From Phallusia mammillata (taxonomy: Eukaryota), in the NCBI GenBank assembly GCA_965637545.1, contig OZ281498.1, forward strand, positions 17,608,001 through 17,672,000: a stretch of DNA of 64,000 nt, in the 5' to 3' direction. The position numbers and the translations under genes are program-made. The notes under the pieces are model-generated. The model had not been told where the DNA came from. It worked only from the letters and a program-made list of their open reading frames with translations, and did no database searches. Positions 25,501 to 40,500 of this stretch are shown in pieces (position 1 is the stretch's first letter; each line of letters opens with the position of its first letter).

Positions 25501-28500
25501 CAAATGTGGGAGGTTCGATGTAGGATGGACCCAGCTTGTTTACTATGAAGCTCTGCAAAAAGTAGTATTGAATGGATTTTGCCACAAGTGGTTCTTGCCC
25601 TACAGTATTCTTAGTATTCCTTGCTATATTCTAAAAACGTTGCAAATAGAAGTTGTCACACAATTTGAAAAAGTGAAGTATTAGTATGGACATTGAGTGT
25701 GAATTTGGATACCTATTCGACGAAGTTTTATGACGTCACAGCTTGTCGCGCACATTTTCGGTTTTTACGCGACATATTTGCACAAAATCTGGTTGGACTG
25801 ATAAAGCCGCATTATATCACTGATGAAGGCACGAGTATTCGTGTAATGTTCAAGAATAAAGCATTCGGCTTGCTACGTCTAGAAGGGCTAGTGTTAACTT
25901 TTTTCTAAATTTGAACGCATATGAGAATAATTTTTCAATGTATTTGGTAACGCAAATACAAGTATATCATACAAGCACTTTTTGTAATAAGTATACTATT
26001 TTGGACAGGGTCCAATTTTTTTGGGTTATTTCGTACCTGCACTGCTGGCACCACTTTATCAGGTCTCACGCATCGAATCAAAATCAGCTTTTCGAGTTGA
26101 CCGAGTTTCTCATTCCAAGGAGCCGGAAATTCCGATGTGTGAGGGGAGGGAGAGTCGTACAGAAATTTCCAGCAACTTGGCTATAAAACGTGAAACATTT
26201 TGCGTAAATATCTTCACATGTGGTTTAATTCACACGTCCAGCAATTTAGTAGTTCTAGACGTTTTCGGTAGTTCTAGACTTTGGCAAAGTAGAAAATCTT
26301 ACAAGTGAAAATTAGGTTAACTAGTGTTATTTTTGATGTATGTAAGAAGGGTGTTAGCAACTTCTACACACGAAACCTCTAAATAGGAAAGTTTTAACGT
26401 TGCGCCTTTGGTGTAGAAAACTCTTTTTCCATTTGTTTGAAACGTTTAAAAAATCTGGGGTACCTGGGTAAATCTGGATAAATTTGATCTATTTGTAGAC
26501 AATTTGTAGACTGGCCGGCCAATATTGCATCAAAAAGCGGAATGCTGTTGTAATATTATAACCATCATACCAACTTAAACAAGCAGAAATCATAACTTTG
26601 ATCAAGTTATTTTAATTTTAATAAAAAACCGTAGCAAAAACACACACATTTGTTTTTAAAACTTACGTTGGATCGAAAATGTCTCATCATACCGGAAAAT
26701 GCGGGCAAATCGCTGCAGCGAACGATTTCGGCCCATGACTTGTCAGACAACCACTTGGGGGCGGGATTAGGAAAGGCATTGTCCAATGCGATGCCACCAG
26801 TAAGTAGAAACCTCCAATGGGCGTCAACGATCTCATTTCTAAAAAGTACGTTTCGTTTGAATATAACCGCTTCGAATTTTTCCCTCAAGCGTTTGACATT
26901 TAAATTTCAGCATAAAATTGCAACCACACCATGCTTATACGGATGTCAGTCAATCAATCTAATGGGCTCTACTATCCTTTTATGTTGATACTTCCTGCAA
27001 TCGGACTGTTTTCACGCAAAACATTTTTCAAAAAAACTCAAATTCCAGTTTTTAGCACCTTTTAGGTTAGTATACAAGTGAAATGCAATACAGTAGGCTA
27101 TACTGCAACATTGTATCGTTTTTTAACAGTTTTAGATGTATTCAAATATCCGATATGAGCATAAAAGCATAACTTAATTGTCTCGAAATTGAAGAGCATA
27201 CACTTAAAATCACAAGCCGCAACAACAATAATCAACATATTACCAACCTTCCTTTCAATATTCCAATGCAGAGGAGAAACGAAAATAGCAACTTGTCCTT
27301 TTCGAACAGTGAACGGCAAACGTTTCTGAATATAACTTGAGTAAAGTGGTCTACCAAGTTACTAATGCGTTCTTCCAGCACTGGCGACGTTTGGCTTTGC
27401 TCAGTCGACTGAAAAACAATACCTGATTCAACGCACGGCTTGAACGCAGTCACGTATAACCGTTTCGGTTAAGTGAGATTGCAAACGTTGGCATAATACT
27501 GCAGCCGAGTAAGAGCCTGCTATGAATGCATTTTTTCGCCGTGAACGTTACGCGTTTTAACATGCTAACATAGGAAGGGCATACAATACCAATTAACCAG
27601 GTTACAAAGTGGTTTTAAACATTAGGTTACACACTCTTTATGCGAAATTGAAAACAGTTAACGGTTACGCGAATTGTGATTAACGCAACATTTATTTGTT
27701 ACTACCACGTTTCACAGCAATGCCCCAGCTAGCAAATTAGGGTTACATACAGTCAAAGTAACAAATCAAACATATACAATGCATACAATATTAAAGCTTT
27801 GGTTGTAACTTAAATCATGGCCGTTCAACGCTTGTCATTTTAACAGTTCAGTACAGAGAACAAACTAAAAAGGATCCAATACTGTTTTTATCAAATGAAA
27901 TATTCACAATATACTATACTATCCCTTGTTTTAACACAATATACTACACTATCAAAATAAATTGACGTCAATAAATTTGCAATAAGAAGACCTAACTCTT
28001 TATTTCCCTGTAATAAATTTTAACCCTTAGTAAGCCTTTATTGACCACTGACCTGCACGTATAGGTTAATAAACCACCATAGAGAGTACTGGTACATCGG
28101 GTCAATGTGGGCCAAGTCGGAGATCACAAAGAAGAGAATGGATGAGTGGACAGCAACTGGTCTGTAACCATTCCTTGTTGTGTCGATTTCTTGCTCAGTA
28201 CGACTTGTTATCTCCTGTTTTTCAGATATTTCGGCAGAAAGTTTTCGACTGGATGAAAGGATGCTTATTGCTGTTTCATCTTCGAGGATGTTTCCTGTGA
28301 GTAATATGTGAGACAATTTTACAAACTGGCAATAAGACACGAATCAGGTATTGTTTATGGCAAAATCGATGACAACATTTTTTGCATTATGCATTAAAGA
28401 TATACACCGACTGTTTCAAGTGTGCTGACAGATTTAGCTGTGATGCAGCAATATATGTAACTGAACTCGTCGTTGAGCACGATTTTTGTCTTAGAACATC

Positions 28501-31500
28501 TTTTGCAACAATACACTGTTTCTCAACCCCGAGTTGGTAAAGAGTTTATGAAAGTGTTTACATTTTTGGTGGTATTTTACATCGACATTTTAAGTTTATT
28601 TTGCAAGACATTTTCCTCACATCAAAACTAAACGCTGACAGGGTGAAAGTATTGTTATAAGTGTCAGAAAGAGTCGAAAAATACAGATAATAGCGCACAA
28701 ACAAAATCTAAACACAGACACACATTTTAATAAACAACACCCTTTCAAACCATAGTACGCCAGGCCTATAAAAAGGCGTTCAAGCGAATCGAATTGTTTT
28801 TTTATTACTTCCGTGCGGCAAGCCATGTATCGCATTCCCCCACAGGATAGATTTTTCATAGTGCTAACAGGCCTGGCGTATTGTAAATTATATATCGGTG
28901 TATGGTTGTCGTTGGTAAACGTTTCCGGGTTGAAGCCAGTATACCGCAACATTTAACATACATAGTCTATTTATAGTTTTTAAGCCTAAAGATTAACCTT
29001 CACGAGACAGCACTTCCAAAATCTTATCTTCAATATCCTTCAGTTGCCTCTTGTTTCTTGCTCCTTCCAAGATCAACTTATTCTTCTTCTGTTCCAACTC
29101 CGGACGCTCTTTGGCGGCGACAAGAGTTAGAAGTTGATCTTCCAAACCAATCGGCGTAATCATAAAGTTGATCAGGGTAACCTACATTCAGTAAGTGCAA
29201 TAGACAAACAATTCAAACACTGAGGTATCGAACATTTCAGGTGACTAATAAGTAACCTACACTCAGCAAGTGCAATAGACAAAGATTTCAAATAGTGAGA
29301 TATTGAACATTTCAGGTGACTAATAAGTAACCTACACTCAGCAAGTGCAATAGACAAGGATTTCAAACACTGAGGTATCGAACATTTCAGGTGACTAATA
29401 AGTAACCTACACTCAGCAAGTGCAATAGACAAAAATTTCAAATACTGAGATATTGAACATTTCAGGTGACTAACAAGTAACCTACACTCAGCAAGTGCAA
29501 TAGACAAAGATTTCAAATACTGAGATATTGAACATTTCAGGTGACTAATAAGTAACCTACACTCAGCAAGTGCAATAGACAAAGATTTCAAACACTGAGG
29601 TATCGAACATTTCAGGTGACTAACATACCAACTAAAGGTTCTAAAGTAAAAAAATCGTTTATACAATTCAAATTGACAGGTAAAGGTGAAGTTCAATGGA
29701 TGTTTATGAACCTAATATCACCAATTCTTTGGAATAAGCTGAATATTTGCAACAATAAAAATAAGTTTGGAGTTTAATTCTACAAACAGTTGGCAGCAGA
29801 ATACAGCTTGTGTAGTGGTAAATACGAACAAGTCTAAGTCTCCCTTATGAAAACAGTTGCAGATAAAGTAGATGCAAGTCATTTCAATATAGATAAAACG
29901 ATTCTAACCCATCAAATACAAACAGTAATTCCAAACACAATTTTTGTCATAACATTAAAACGCACCTTGACTGAAACTTCAGGCAAATAATGAGGATTTC
30001 TCATTCTTGTGCTGATGTACAAGACAAAATCGTGGCTGTATTGTATGGTGCTCTCCCCAAGCTTAATGTATTCCATTCCACTTTGCTTAAACGTTTGTCG
30101 AAGCAAAAGTGGATCAAGAACTGTGTCCAAGTGTTCCGGAACATTCTCAATCAGCAGAGGATTGCCAAACTAAAAACGCAACATTAAATGTATATACAGA
30201 GGCCATATATCAGAGGAGAATTGTAAACCGTAAAAAAGTGAAGGGCGTTGGGTCAGATCACACTCAGATTTTAACATCGTTTACAGTTGGAATATGGCGG
30301 ACAAAGGACCTGAGGTTCAAGCAAAGCTTTACTTAAAATAACACTAATAAAACATTTGCAATAAAAGACGCAATTTTGTTATATGGACTGTAATAAGTTT
30401 CAGATTGTGCAACGTGATCAAGTTTAATTGAAAAATTTACACAAAATTACGTAAAGAAAACACTTCTTCGGTAGCCTTCATGGAACGAATAATAGAATTC
30501 TACTAGCGAAGTTAATAACTATCTAATAAACTGTTTCGAAAAAATATTTAGCTGTAAGTTTGTATGTAACACGCTTTTTATACTTGGTAATTTAATAACC
30601 TGTATGCAGTTTTCAAGTGTTCGAAAATAATCCGCATCAGTGAGTTTACAAACGTGGAGGTTGTTTTTCTTCTCCATGTTCTTCACCCAAGCGCATGCCT
30701 GTCCCTGTGGGTCGATCATGAGAGGCCAGCGACTTGCATTGTTCACTATTATAGCGTTGTCGACCGACGTGCTTAAAAAAAGTTACACAAATAATTTAAT
30801 CAATATTCATGATTTTGCATTCAAGTTTCTATTTTAAAACGGCGTTGAATCAGGAATAGCTTAAACATAGGCTACACTAGCCAAATCTCTCATCACCAGC
30901 TACACTGACGACATCTTATAAGTCGAAACAATGTGCACTGTTTGCAGCCTAAACATATATTTATAAATTTTCGGCTCAAAGTGGAATGTCATATAACGTG
31001 GTTTGACAATCGACCCAAATAAAGTAATTACTGCTCAGTATGGAACATTACAATAAAAACGGAAAGAGCAGAATACTTATGTACACATTTATTACAGTTT
31101 GGTTATCACATGACGTCACTACGTTTTTTTGTTAAATGAGTTTCAAACTTCTGGATAGTTTTAGCTGAAACAACATAACTGTTGAGTCATTTGCAATAAA
31201 ATGGTTTTCTGTACGGAGCTGTCTATTTGGAACGTTCTGCTTTAAATTATGGCTGCATTTAAAGTACACTCAAATTGCTGTGAAAGTTATTTTACACGCA
31301 CAGTTTAAAACTCACTTGTCTTTCGGCAGCCCGTCCAGCTTCCAGTCCATGATTTGCACAGGATCTCCAAGTGTACGTGCAAGCGAGAAGTCGTCACTAA
31401 CGGGAATTTCTCGGCTTTTGCATTCCTCCCACCACTTTTTAAGCGATTCCTGAGTTAAAAATTTTAAGTACAACACATTGTTACACTTATAGCCGAAATA

Positions 31501-34500
31501 ACATACACATCGTATTATCAAACAAACGAAAGATCACACTGTCAGTGGTTCTGCGTTTTTTTTTTCACGGGGTTCGAACCGACGACGCTACCGGGGACGA
31601 ATCCCGATCAAGGTTTTTATATCTGCATTTTTTGACTGAACTAAATTAAACAACCACTCATTACTCACCTGGCGATATAAGGGAGTGAATGGAGCCAGGT
31701 AGGCCACCACGCTTGATGACAGTAAAACATCGCCCACGATATTGTGGTAGGTGTTATGTAGTGATTGCGTTGTCTCAGTCCACCTGTCTTTCTCGCCACC
31801 CAATCCACTGATCAGTTTCTCCGCACGGATTAACTTCACTTTGGTGAGTTCGATGTCATCTTCAAGTTTCTACAATAAATGAAATGTCAGTAGCGTGAAC
31901 GTGCATTTTTCACTGATTGAAACATTTGAAAGTAAAATTACCCATATGTATTAGTGCGCTTTGGAAATAAACTTAAAACAAAATACAAAAAATCAAAACG
32001 TGCTCAAAAGTAAAGTTAAAACGACATATAATTTCTGACATGCCAAAACGAGACAAAGAGTTTATGATCCGGTGGCCGTCAATATTCTTAAGGCCAGGTT
32101 TACTCAAAGTCTTTAAGGAGAGAAACATGCTACAGCAGAGTAACTAGCAAAGAATGTATTTCACCTTTTTCTCAGTAAGTTTTTCCTTGAGATTATCATT
32201 AAGAACTTGGAGCTTCTGCGTCACTTCCTCCAGTTCGTCACGCTTCACTTGCAGCACTTCCATCTCGTGTGCCAGATCAGCTTCGGCAGCCAACAAGCTC
32301 TTGCGCTTTGGCGCCACCACCTTTGCCACTCTGTGACGTAATTTCAGTAATTGTCAAAATTGGTAGTCAGGTAATTGTGCACGCAAGATAAGCGTTTTAT
32401 TTTACAACGTTTAGGTTTTTAACTAACTTTGTTCGCGAAGACTTCTTACCAGTAGCATATGCAAGAAAGATTAAGCCGTCTTAGTGAATGTTAGTGTTTG
32501 TTTTGTGTTGGATTTAAAATGAAATAAAGCACATTATTAACAAAAGGATTATAAATTTGATGAAATTGGGACGCGTTTTGAACTTTTATAATAACCTTGT
32601 CCAACTATATTTTATATAATATTCGTAACGAAACAAGGTTTTAATTAAAAATGCGCAGTTAAAGAATGTGCTAAATTTCCATGTGTGTTTTTTGTTACCA
32701 ACCTGTCGTATACTTCAATAGCCAGCACCCAACTACACAAGCCCTCGCAAGCTGACGACACATTTCGTATAAGATCAGGTCGGAAGTTTTGTTCACCGAT
32801 AAATCGATCTCGGATCTTCCGCATCACACTCACTGGAATATTGTCCTTGTCGAATTCCTGCAGAAAAATAAGCGACGTAAAGAAGGAATAGTCGAGTTGT
32901 AGTCTATCATAGTATCAGTGTGTATGGAATAAAACAAAAATTGACCTGCAACAAACCAAACAAGCCGTTTTAAAGGAATTAGTTTGCTGCACGGCCATGT
33001 CCATTTGTTCCCAAAATGCTAGTTACGATTTTTTAAACATCAACGACGTATTACAGAATCACCAAGACGCCAACATTGTAATACACAAGACTTTTTGCAG
33101 CTTTCCGGTATCAAGTTATTTATTTAAGATACAAATGGTGAAGCGCATGTTTCGTTTATAATGTAAATATTTGTCAACTCCCGTTGTAATTTAGGTTAAC
33201 GTTACTGGGTACTGTCTCCCACATAAAAAGGTTTGGCAAAGTATTTATGCTGGGCTACAACCACCATATAACCTAAACAGATATGATATCAAACAGTTTT
33301 TTTCACTTACTCGCAAAGAGTCGAGAAATTTCATATCACCCAACATCTTTTTGGCAGCAGGCCAAAAATCGTCAAAAGCCCGCCCACTGCCGTCTGTTTT
33401 GCGGTCAGGCTTAATTCCCTAAAATATGCAAAACAAATGTAGTAAATATTTGCATAAAGATGATCACGCTCGACATGGTTAATAAGCAGTAATGCAGAGA
33501 GCAATATCCCCAAAATCGATCCTCCACTGTGGTTGCATAATCTTGCACTAATTTGAACTTTCACTTCAAAACATGACTCTTTTTACGATTTTATACAATT
33601 GTTGCTGTTTGATCGTACCTTTAATATACAGATTGCTTCCATGGTCATTTTCACACCAGCAGGGGGATTCTGCATAGTTTTTACCAGCGCTATGTCTTGT
33701 TGTCTCAGTGTGTCAAGGGCAGCAATTGCGGCGTTCATGGCTGGCATGGCAACAGCAAGCTTCTCTTCGCATTCCTGTTTGATTTTTTCCGCCTCTTGCG
33801 CAGCTAAATGAAGCAAAAACACACAGAGTCAGTTGTATAGATAAAAATCTTACAACCTAACGAACGCTTTTCGGCTATCAAGCCAGGGTCGCAAAAATGT
33901 CATGAGTTTAATACCCATAACATCGTCTAAATGTGTAATACTCGATTTGCCAGTTTTAGTTTCAGTTCCACACCTATTTTTTAAACTAGGATGAGTTGAT
34001 AACTTTATCTGACTAATTTGGTTCTATGTATAAGCAAATTTCTCCAAATTTTATTTTTGCCACAAAATGCAGTACAAAAACACGATCATACCTGCAGCAG
34101 CAACAGCCTCGTCTGCCTCAACCAGCTTTTTAGCAATCTCAACCTCAGCACTCTCGGCGCTAATGTCAGCAACCAGTTTTTCCACTTCCTGAAATGCAAA
34201 GCCTAGTGATGCTTGGTGCTTAATGTGGATAAGTGTACCACTGTATAATATAGCATCAACGCACAACGACATTCATTTCAAACAAGCCACACATGATTTT
34301 TTGGTGTTCGAACACCTACCAGGGATTTCTCTTCGAGTTGTGGTTGTTGTGCAGTGAGATATTCTTGCATGTTGTGAATTTCTTGTTCAGCAAATTCAAG
34401 TTTCTCCAAACCAACCACGTAACGATTTTTGAAGGTCAAAAGATCAAGCCTCTTTTGTTGCAGAAGACGCTTGAAGGTTTTTATGAGCTCCAGATAGGAT

Positions 34501-37500
34501 GTAGGAGTAATATAAGTCCTTCGTCCAAGAGACTCAAAGTACCTAATGATAAAAAGGGTAAACAAAGTGTAAAAATAGTCATATGAAATGCAATAAGAAT
34601 AAAGTCCACATGCATCTTTACTACTCTTATCAAAGGCTTAATTCAAAAAACAAAATGTTTTTATTTCCAACATATTTATTACCAAACAAAAATCAATCGG
34701 ATCAAACTGTGGTACATTGTGGTACAACAGGCTCTAACACCAAACCCACTTTTCAGACAGAGATCGTACGTCCTGGTGAAAATGTTTGCACATTTGAACT
34801 GTTTCTTGTCGCATGTCTTGACTCATCTCAACATCGTCGAGAAAATGGTAGGCAACCATCTCCAATGCATCATCAGGCCATGCCTTCAAAATTCATAAAA
34901 TTTCAATAGTACCAAAAATCATAACATATTTAAGGCATAAACAATCTTGATAAAACATTGTATTTAAAACAATATGTCGATTTTTTGTCATGGCGGTTAT
35001 AACTACCTGGCATTAGACGACTCACCTGAAACCAATCAATAGTACAACAGTTGATTAGTGAAGGAAAGTTACGCAATCTGGTACGGAAAGCTTCACCAAC
35101 TGGACTGAAAGCCAAAATCATGTGAAGAGACCTGAAATAAGTTTTGTTTGTATTAGATATAGGACATTCATATTCGCACATGGAAGCAAACACTGAAAAT
35201 GTACATATTGTTCAAAACACAAATCACAGTATACCAGGTCTTCAAGAAGCTCAATATTAATTTAAGCTAGTCAATCAAGCATTTCCACTAAACAATACAA
35301 AGACAAAAAAATGTCTACTTTATGGTGGGATTCGAACCCACGACAGAAGCCTGGGCATCCTGTTTATGAAATTGCAGCGTACATTTTACAAGACCTGAAT
35401 CGCACACCACACCTGTTCACACGTTCAATAAATTTGTTGTACAGATTCAATGGGGTAATTTCCATTTTGTCATCATTTTCAGCCTGTATTGCGATTTGCA
35501 TCTTATCAATTATTTCAAGTCTTTCCTCGTTTTCGAAGATATTCGGGATGTCTCCGGTGTTAAGAAGAAGGTTGATGTCTTCCAGGAAACATTCATCCTA
35601 GACAAGTGTAAAATAAACATTAAGCGTATGCAAGGAAAAATTAGGCAAATATCCAGTTTTGATTAGGCATATGGGGCATTGCCGTGCTGAAAGTGGGGAA
35701 AATCAAAGATCGAAATTTTTTTAGGTGGATATTTCCAGATGAATATCTTTATCAATTCGATATCCGCTACATGTATTATTTGGTATCGCCAACTATGTCA
35801 AGGTAAATCGGAAGGACTTTATTAGAACATAAACGAAGAAAGACAACTTAATCTCATTAGTTTTGCTAACTTTTAACCACAAGCACAATATTTCTTTTAA
35901 GTCCATATTAAAAACGGCAAGCTTAGTGTATTTGTGGATTCTCTGCTAAATGTTGATTGAAAAATGCTCATCAAAGCAATATGACAAGAAAAAGTTATTA
36001 AGTGAGTTTTGTATGAAATATATAATTTTACCTTGATTTGATGGTCGCCGAATAAGAATACTGTAGACGTCAGATCGACTCCTGCTTTCCAGAGAACCTT
36101 CTTCAAATCGTTTCGCCAATCGCTCACCGAATATGACTTGGTGACGTTTACTTGGAAAACATCATAATCAGCCATAAAGGCAGCCACTTTTGCTGAAGAC
36201 TGTCGTCCACTGCCACCAATACCTGATCAATAAACGCAAGTCTTTGTGCACAATCATATTGTCAAGGAAATCAGACTCTTTAATAAGTCAGTAATAAATC
36301 GGCAAACTATCGGCATGTGGAAAAAAGGGGCCAAGCTCAAAGTTTATTTCAGTGAGTTTAATTCACAGACTTTTAAACACGTTCAATTGAATGTTGTCTT
36401 ACCAACTAGCAGGGCATGTCCGTTTGGTTGTTTCAGAATCCTACTAATTCGACTGACGTGTTCGATTGCAAACTGGAACATAACCAAATCCATAGGTGCT
36501 TTGGACATTGTGTTGTAATCATCCAGATATCGTTCAATGACCGCACGCAATTCTAATAAAAGAGCCCAGTATTAACTTTTAAGACTGAACATTTAACTTT
36601 GTATCAGTAACAATTTGTTGCAGAGTGTTTTTTGTACCACTTTACATGACTGTAAATTAAGTACAGAAAACGCTACACATTACCTTGCATATCTTGTATT
36701 TCATCATAGAGTCTCTCGCTTGCACTTTCCTCCACTTTTGGAGACATGTAATCACCAAAGAACACTGATCGAATGTGTGAGTCACTCACGTCCTTTCGAC
36801 CAGTCTTGTGCGCCACCAAGTGTTGGAATATGTTGTTCATTTTCTCCTTAAAATGCATCGTGGTGATGGTCTGAAACGTAAAATAATATTTTTAGTTCAG
36901 GAAAAACTGATTTGCGGCAATGCTAAAATCTTAATTGGTACCAAAATGCCTTCAATTGATAACATACCTAACACATCAGTGATCAGCGAATTTAAGGCGT
37001 TTTAGTTACAAAATCTTATCAAAGTGTTTTGCTACCAAGATGAAAAAAACATTGTCTATTCATTGTCTAAGTATTAGCAAGTCCTCAAGAGTGATCTCAT
37101 CCATTGTCGAGGTTTAATTACAACATTTACCAATTACACTGGTTTATTTTGTGCTCGCGATTGGCTCTAGCACAGTAAATATGGCTGGCGGAATTAAATT
37201 CTACTCCTGCACTACAGAAAACATCTTTCAGAAATTTAAATTTGGGAAACCCCTTAATACAAAACTTGTATTGGATATAAGTAAAACTAACCTTGACCAA
37301 GCTGAAAAAGGTTTCCCTATCTTCATTATCTACGAGGCGATCGTAGAAAACACGATAAACCTCATGCACCCATAGACGAGTGATTTTAAGCGCACCCGGA
37401 ACACCTTCTGGACATTTGTCGCTCCGAAACAGAAGAATGCCCTGAACAAAAAAAGGAGTGACATATTAAAGCAACCATTACTTTGGTTAGATATTCGGTG

Positions 37501-40500
37501 CTTTGTACTCACCTGTATCACTCTTGAGTAATCGCGCAAGTTGAACAGATAATGCGACTTGGCTGGTGTTGGTAGAAATCTTGACATTGCTTGTGTGTAA
37601 ATGTCAGTTGTTGCCCAGATAATAATGCGGCCGAAACGACGTAAAGCATTGTCAAATCCCCTAAGAAAAAAATCAGTAACTTTTATTCGACCGGTCGATT
37701 TTAATGATTCGAGGTCGCACGTCCAATGCGAATTTCGAGCAGTTACATTCCGTTTAGTAACATATATATAGAATATAAACGCTAGTAAATGCGACAAAAC
37801 ATGTTTACATTGGCAACTCTAGTTCAACGGTGGCCTGAATTGTATTAACGAAAACATTTTACTATTTTGTGACAACTTAGGGTATCACTGGAACTATGGT
37901 GTTAAGTAAACAAATGTCACAACCACATAACTATATCTGCCCGTAGTTAAAATTTGAACTAGCGTCCTTGGGGTTTATTAAACATAAGTTTTTAGGTGGT
38001 ATTACAACCAGTGTAAAGTTGTATCTACCTGCTGAAATGCCAATCCAACATCGGTTGGAATATTGTTTTCATGGTTTCCTCGTCAAAAGCGTGGATGCTA
38101 ATGACGTTGAAGTGACGTAGAAAACGTTCGGTGATCTCGTTTCTGCCACCGCCGGGTGGCGCCATCGCCGCAACCATAGAAATATCAACAAGCCTCAACA
38201 CCGACGTGTCCTATAAGTTCGTAATAGCTTATGAACCCACTACAGGTAAACACAGGTTTCCTACACTTTCAAGTATTATATCGTAAAAATAAAACTTTAA
38301 AACGAAAAATATCGCCAAAGCATAATATATTTAAGCAAAATTAATTATCCGTTTTTAAAGTATTTAAAACAATATCTTCCATACAGCAACTGACAACTTT
38401 GATTTAGAGTAATTACCTTCTTGTCAAACCAATGGCCATGATCGACCCACTGACGTAATAGCTCAATCGGAGGTTGTGCTCCATAGCGCTCCTTGGCGGG
38501 CATATTCAAGTCGTCAACAAAGACAATCATTTTTTTACCAGGCGAGGGCCCGTACATACCACGGCGTCTCCTAACATACAGTTTGATACAGTAAATAATA
38601 CGTTTAGATTTATTTTTTAAGCGTTTTTGCAGTAAAGAATGGAATGTTAATCACTTCGATCCAGAAATCACTTAAATATCGCTAACCAGCGAATATATTT
38701 GTTTTACCAAAACTCTACAGGAGGAAATTGAGATTCCTTTTGTATACAATTAGCAGTTGGGTAGTCTGAATAAAAACATGACTGTCAGAGAGTATGTTTA
38801 TGGTAAATAGGAGCAAAAAGATGATACCAACAACGATTCTTAAAACTTCTATTTGTTTTATTAAAGCTAAACTAAAATTCGGTAAAAAACACACAAAAAA
38901 AAACACAAACCTATCCAGCTTGGAGAAAATCATATCCTGGGTTTGACTAGCACTGGTTTGTGCTGAAAAATTTACATTGCAGATAGAGAATTGCTTCTTG
39001 GGCAGCTCGCGCAAGTATCCGTTGGTGATGGCGGATTTGCCTGTGCCGGTTGGGCCCACCAATAGCAAAGGACAGTCATGCCCGACAAGCTTACGAAGGA
39101 AGTATTGTTGTCTATATGTGTCCACTGTTTCTATGATGATGCTGTTTAACTGTTCCGAAATATTAGGTGTAAGATGCAGTGTAGGTTTGGTTTGTAATAC
39201 GTAAGGTAGAAAAGCAGGATAGGCAGAATCTAAAGCGTTTGTTTGAAGGCTTTAACTAAGTGAAAGCGGATTAGTGGAAATAATACCAAGTTAGGCGATG
39301 TATATTGAGTCTTAAAGCTAAGACTAGGCGCTAAAACAGAATGTTTAGAGTATAGTTTGTAGCAAAAGTCATCAAAATATGTTTTGTGATGTAACAAACG
39401 TCATTGAATTCAAGATTTTTACGCCCCAAATAACATCAAAAAAAATTAATGAAAGTATGTGAAAAATGTTAAATAAAACCTTTTTAAATTGCTTTCTTAA
39501 AAATTTCTATTAAATAACCTACAATACAAAGTAAGAACCAAACTTTTCGAAATCAACAGATGTACTTTTAATTTAAGTTGTCCAAGAAAAGTAGGGATGC
39601 AAGCAAAGCGCTTGTTTAAAATTTACCCCATAGTTGTGCAGTATGCCTATAAAAGAAGGTACCTTCAAAATGTCTATCAAACACACACCAACCACACAAA
39701 AATGCAAAAACTCTATAAAGCAGTTCCCTCACCGTCAAGCGAATCAGCCGATGATCTTTCTGCATGAAGCACAGATGCGTTGCCATGCGAAAGAAAGCAA
39801 AAGCAGAGATCAATTATGGCAATGTTTACGTTATACATGATTGTTACACACATGAAAAACTATGGCACATAGCGATTTTATGACTAGAACCAACAAGCTG
39901 TTTTTGTAGTGTTGTTTACAAAATTAAAAATGAGTTTTGTAAATTTTGTTTGGTTTCTACTTTTTGTAAAACTCCTTAAAGCTTGAAAAGTCGGTCGATA
40001 CACAAAACGTAAAACATTTTACTTTGTAGATTTTTTGTATTCTTTAGTCTTTTGTCATAAAACCGCTGTTGCAAACTGGCTAAATGTAGCTATAATACAA
40101 CTACTCAACATGCACTACTGTATAGATTCCCACTAAACAACGAAGTATCTACCAACTAACACTTTTTAATCTCACAATAAAGATTTAATGAATTGCAGCT
40201 ATAGAAAATGGTCACGCAAGCTGACAAAGCAATAAAACGCATATAAACCACAAATACTACACATTTTTAACTTTCAAACTAATACTGTAAAAGAAATTGC
40301 TTGGCAAAACCAGAAATATCTTCCAACAAAAATGTACTGTCCAAACGTGAAACCTCAGTGATTTTTTTAGTAAGTTTAGACTTCACCAAAACACATAACA
40401 AAAAACGGTATACCACAGTGTACATGCATTGGATTTTTAGTCTATATAAGTGTTTTTTCGTACTGTTTAAAGAGTAGGCAAGCAATTGTCACAGCAAATG

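Noticed and set aside
29177-29623. CRISPR-like appearance of the regular repeats
   Set aside because: Whole units repeat with no unique spacers, there are no cas genes, and the context is a eukaryotic intron.
29172-29696. 174-aa repetitive ORF ([25 protein letters not shown])n
   Set aside because: By-product of the 75-bp minisatellite; it is not in the dynein frame and has no independent gene signals.
35323-35345. tRNA-like T-arm/B-box (minus strand GTGGGTTCGAATCCCACCA)
   Set aside because: No D-arm, anticodon arm or acceptor-stem partner upstream; at most a tRNA or SINE relic.
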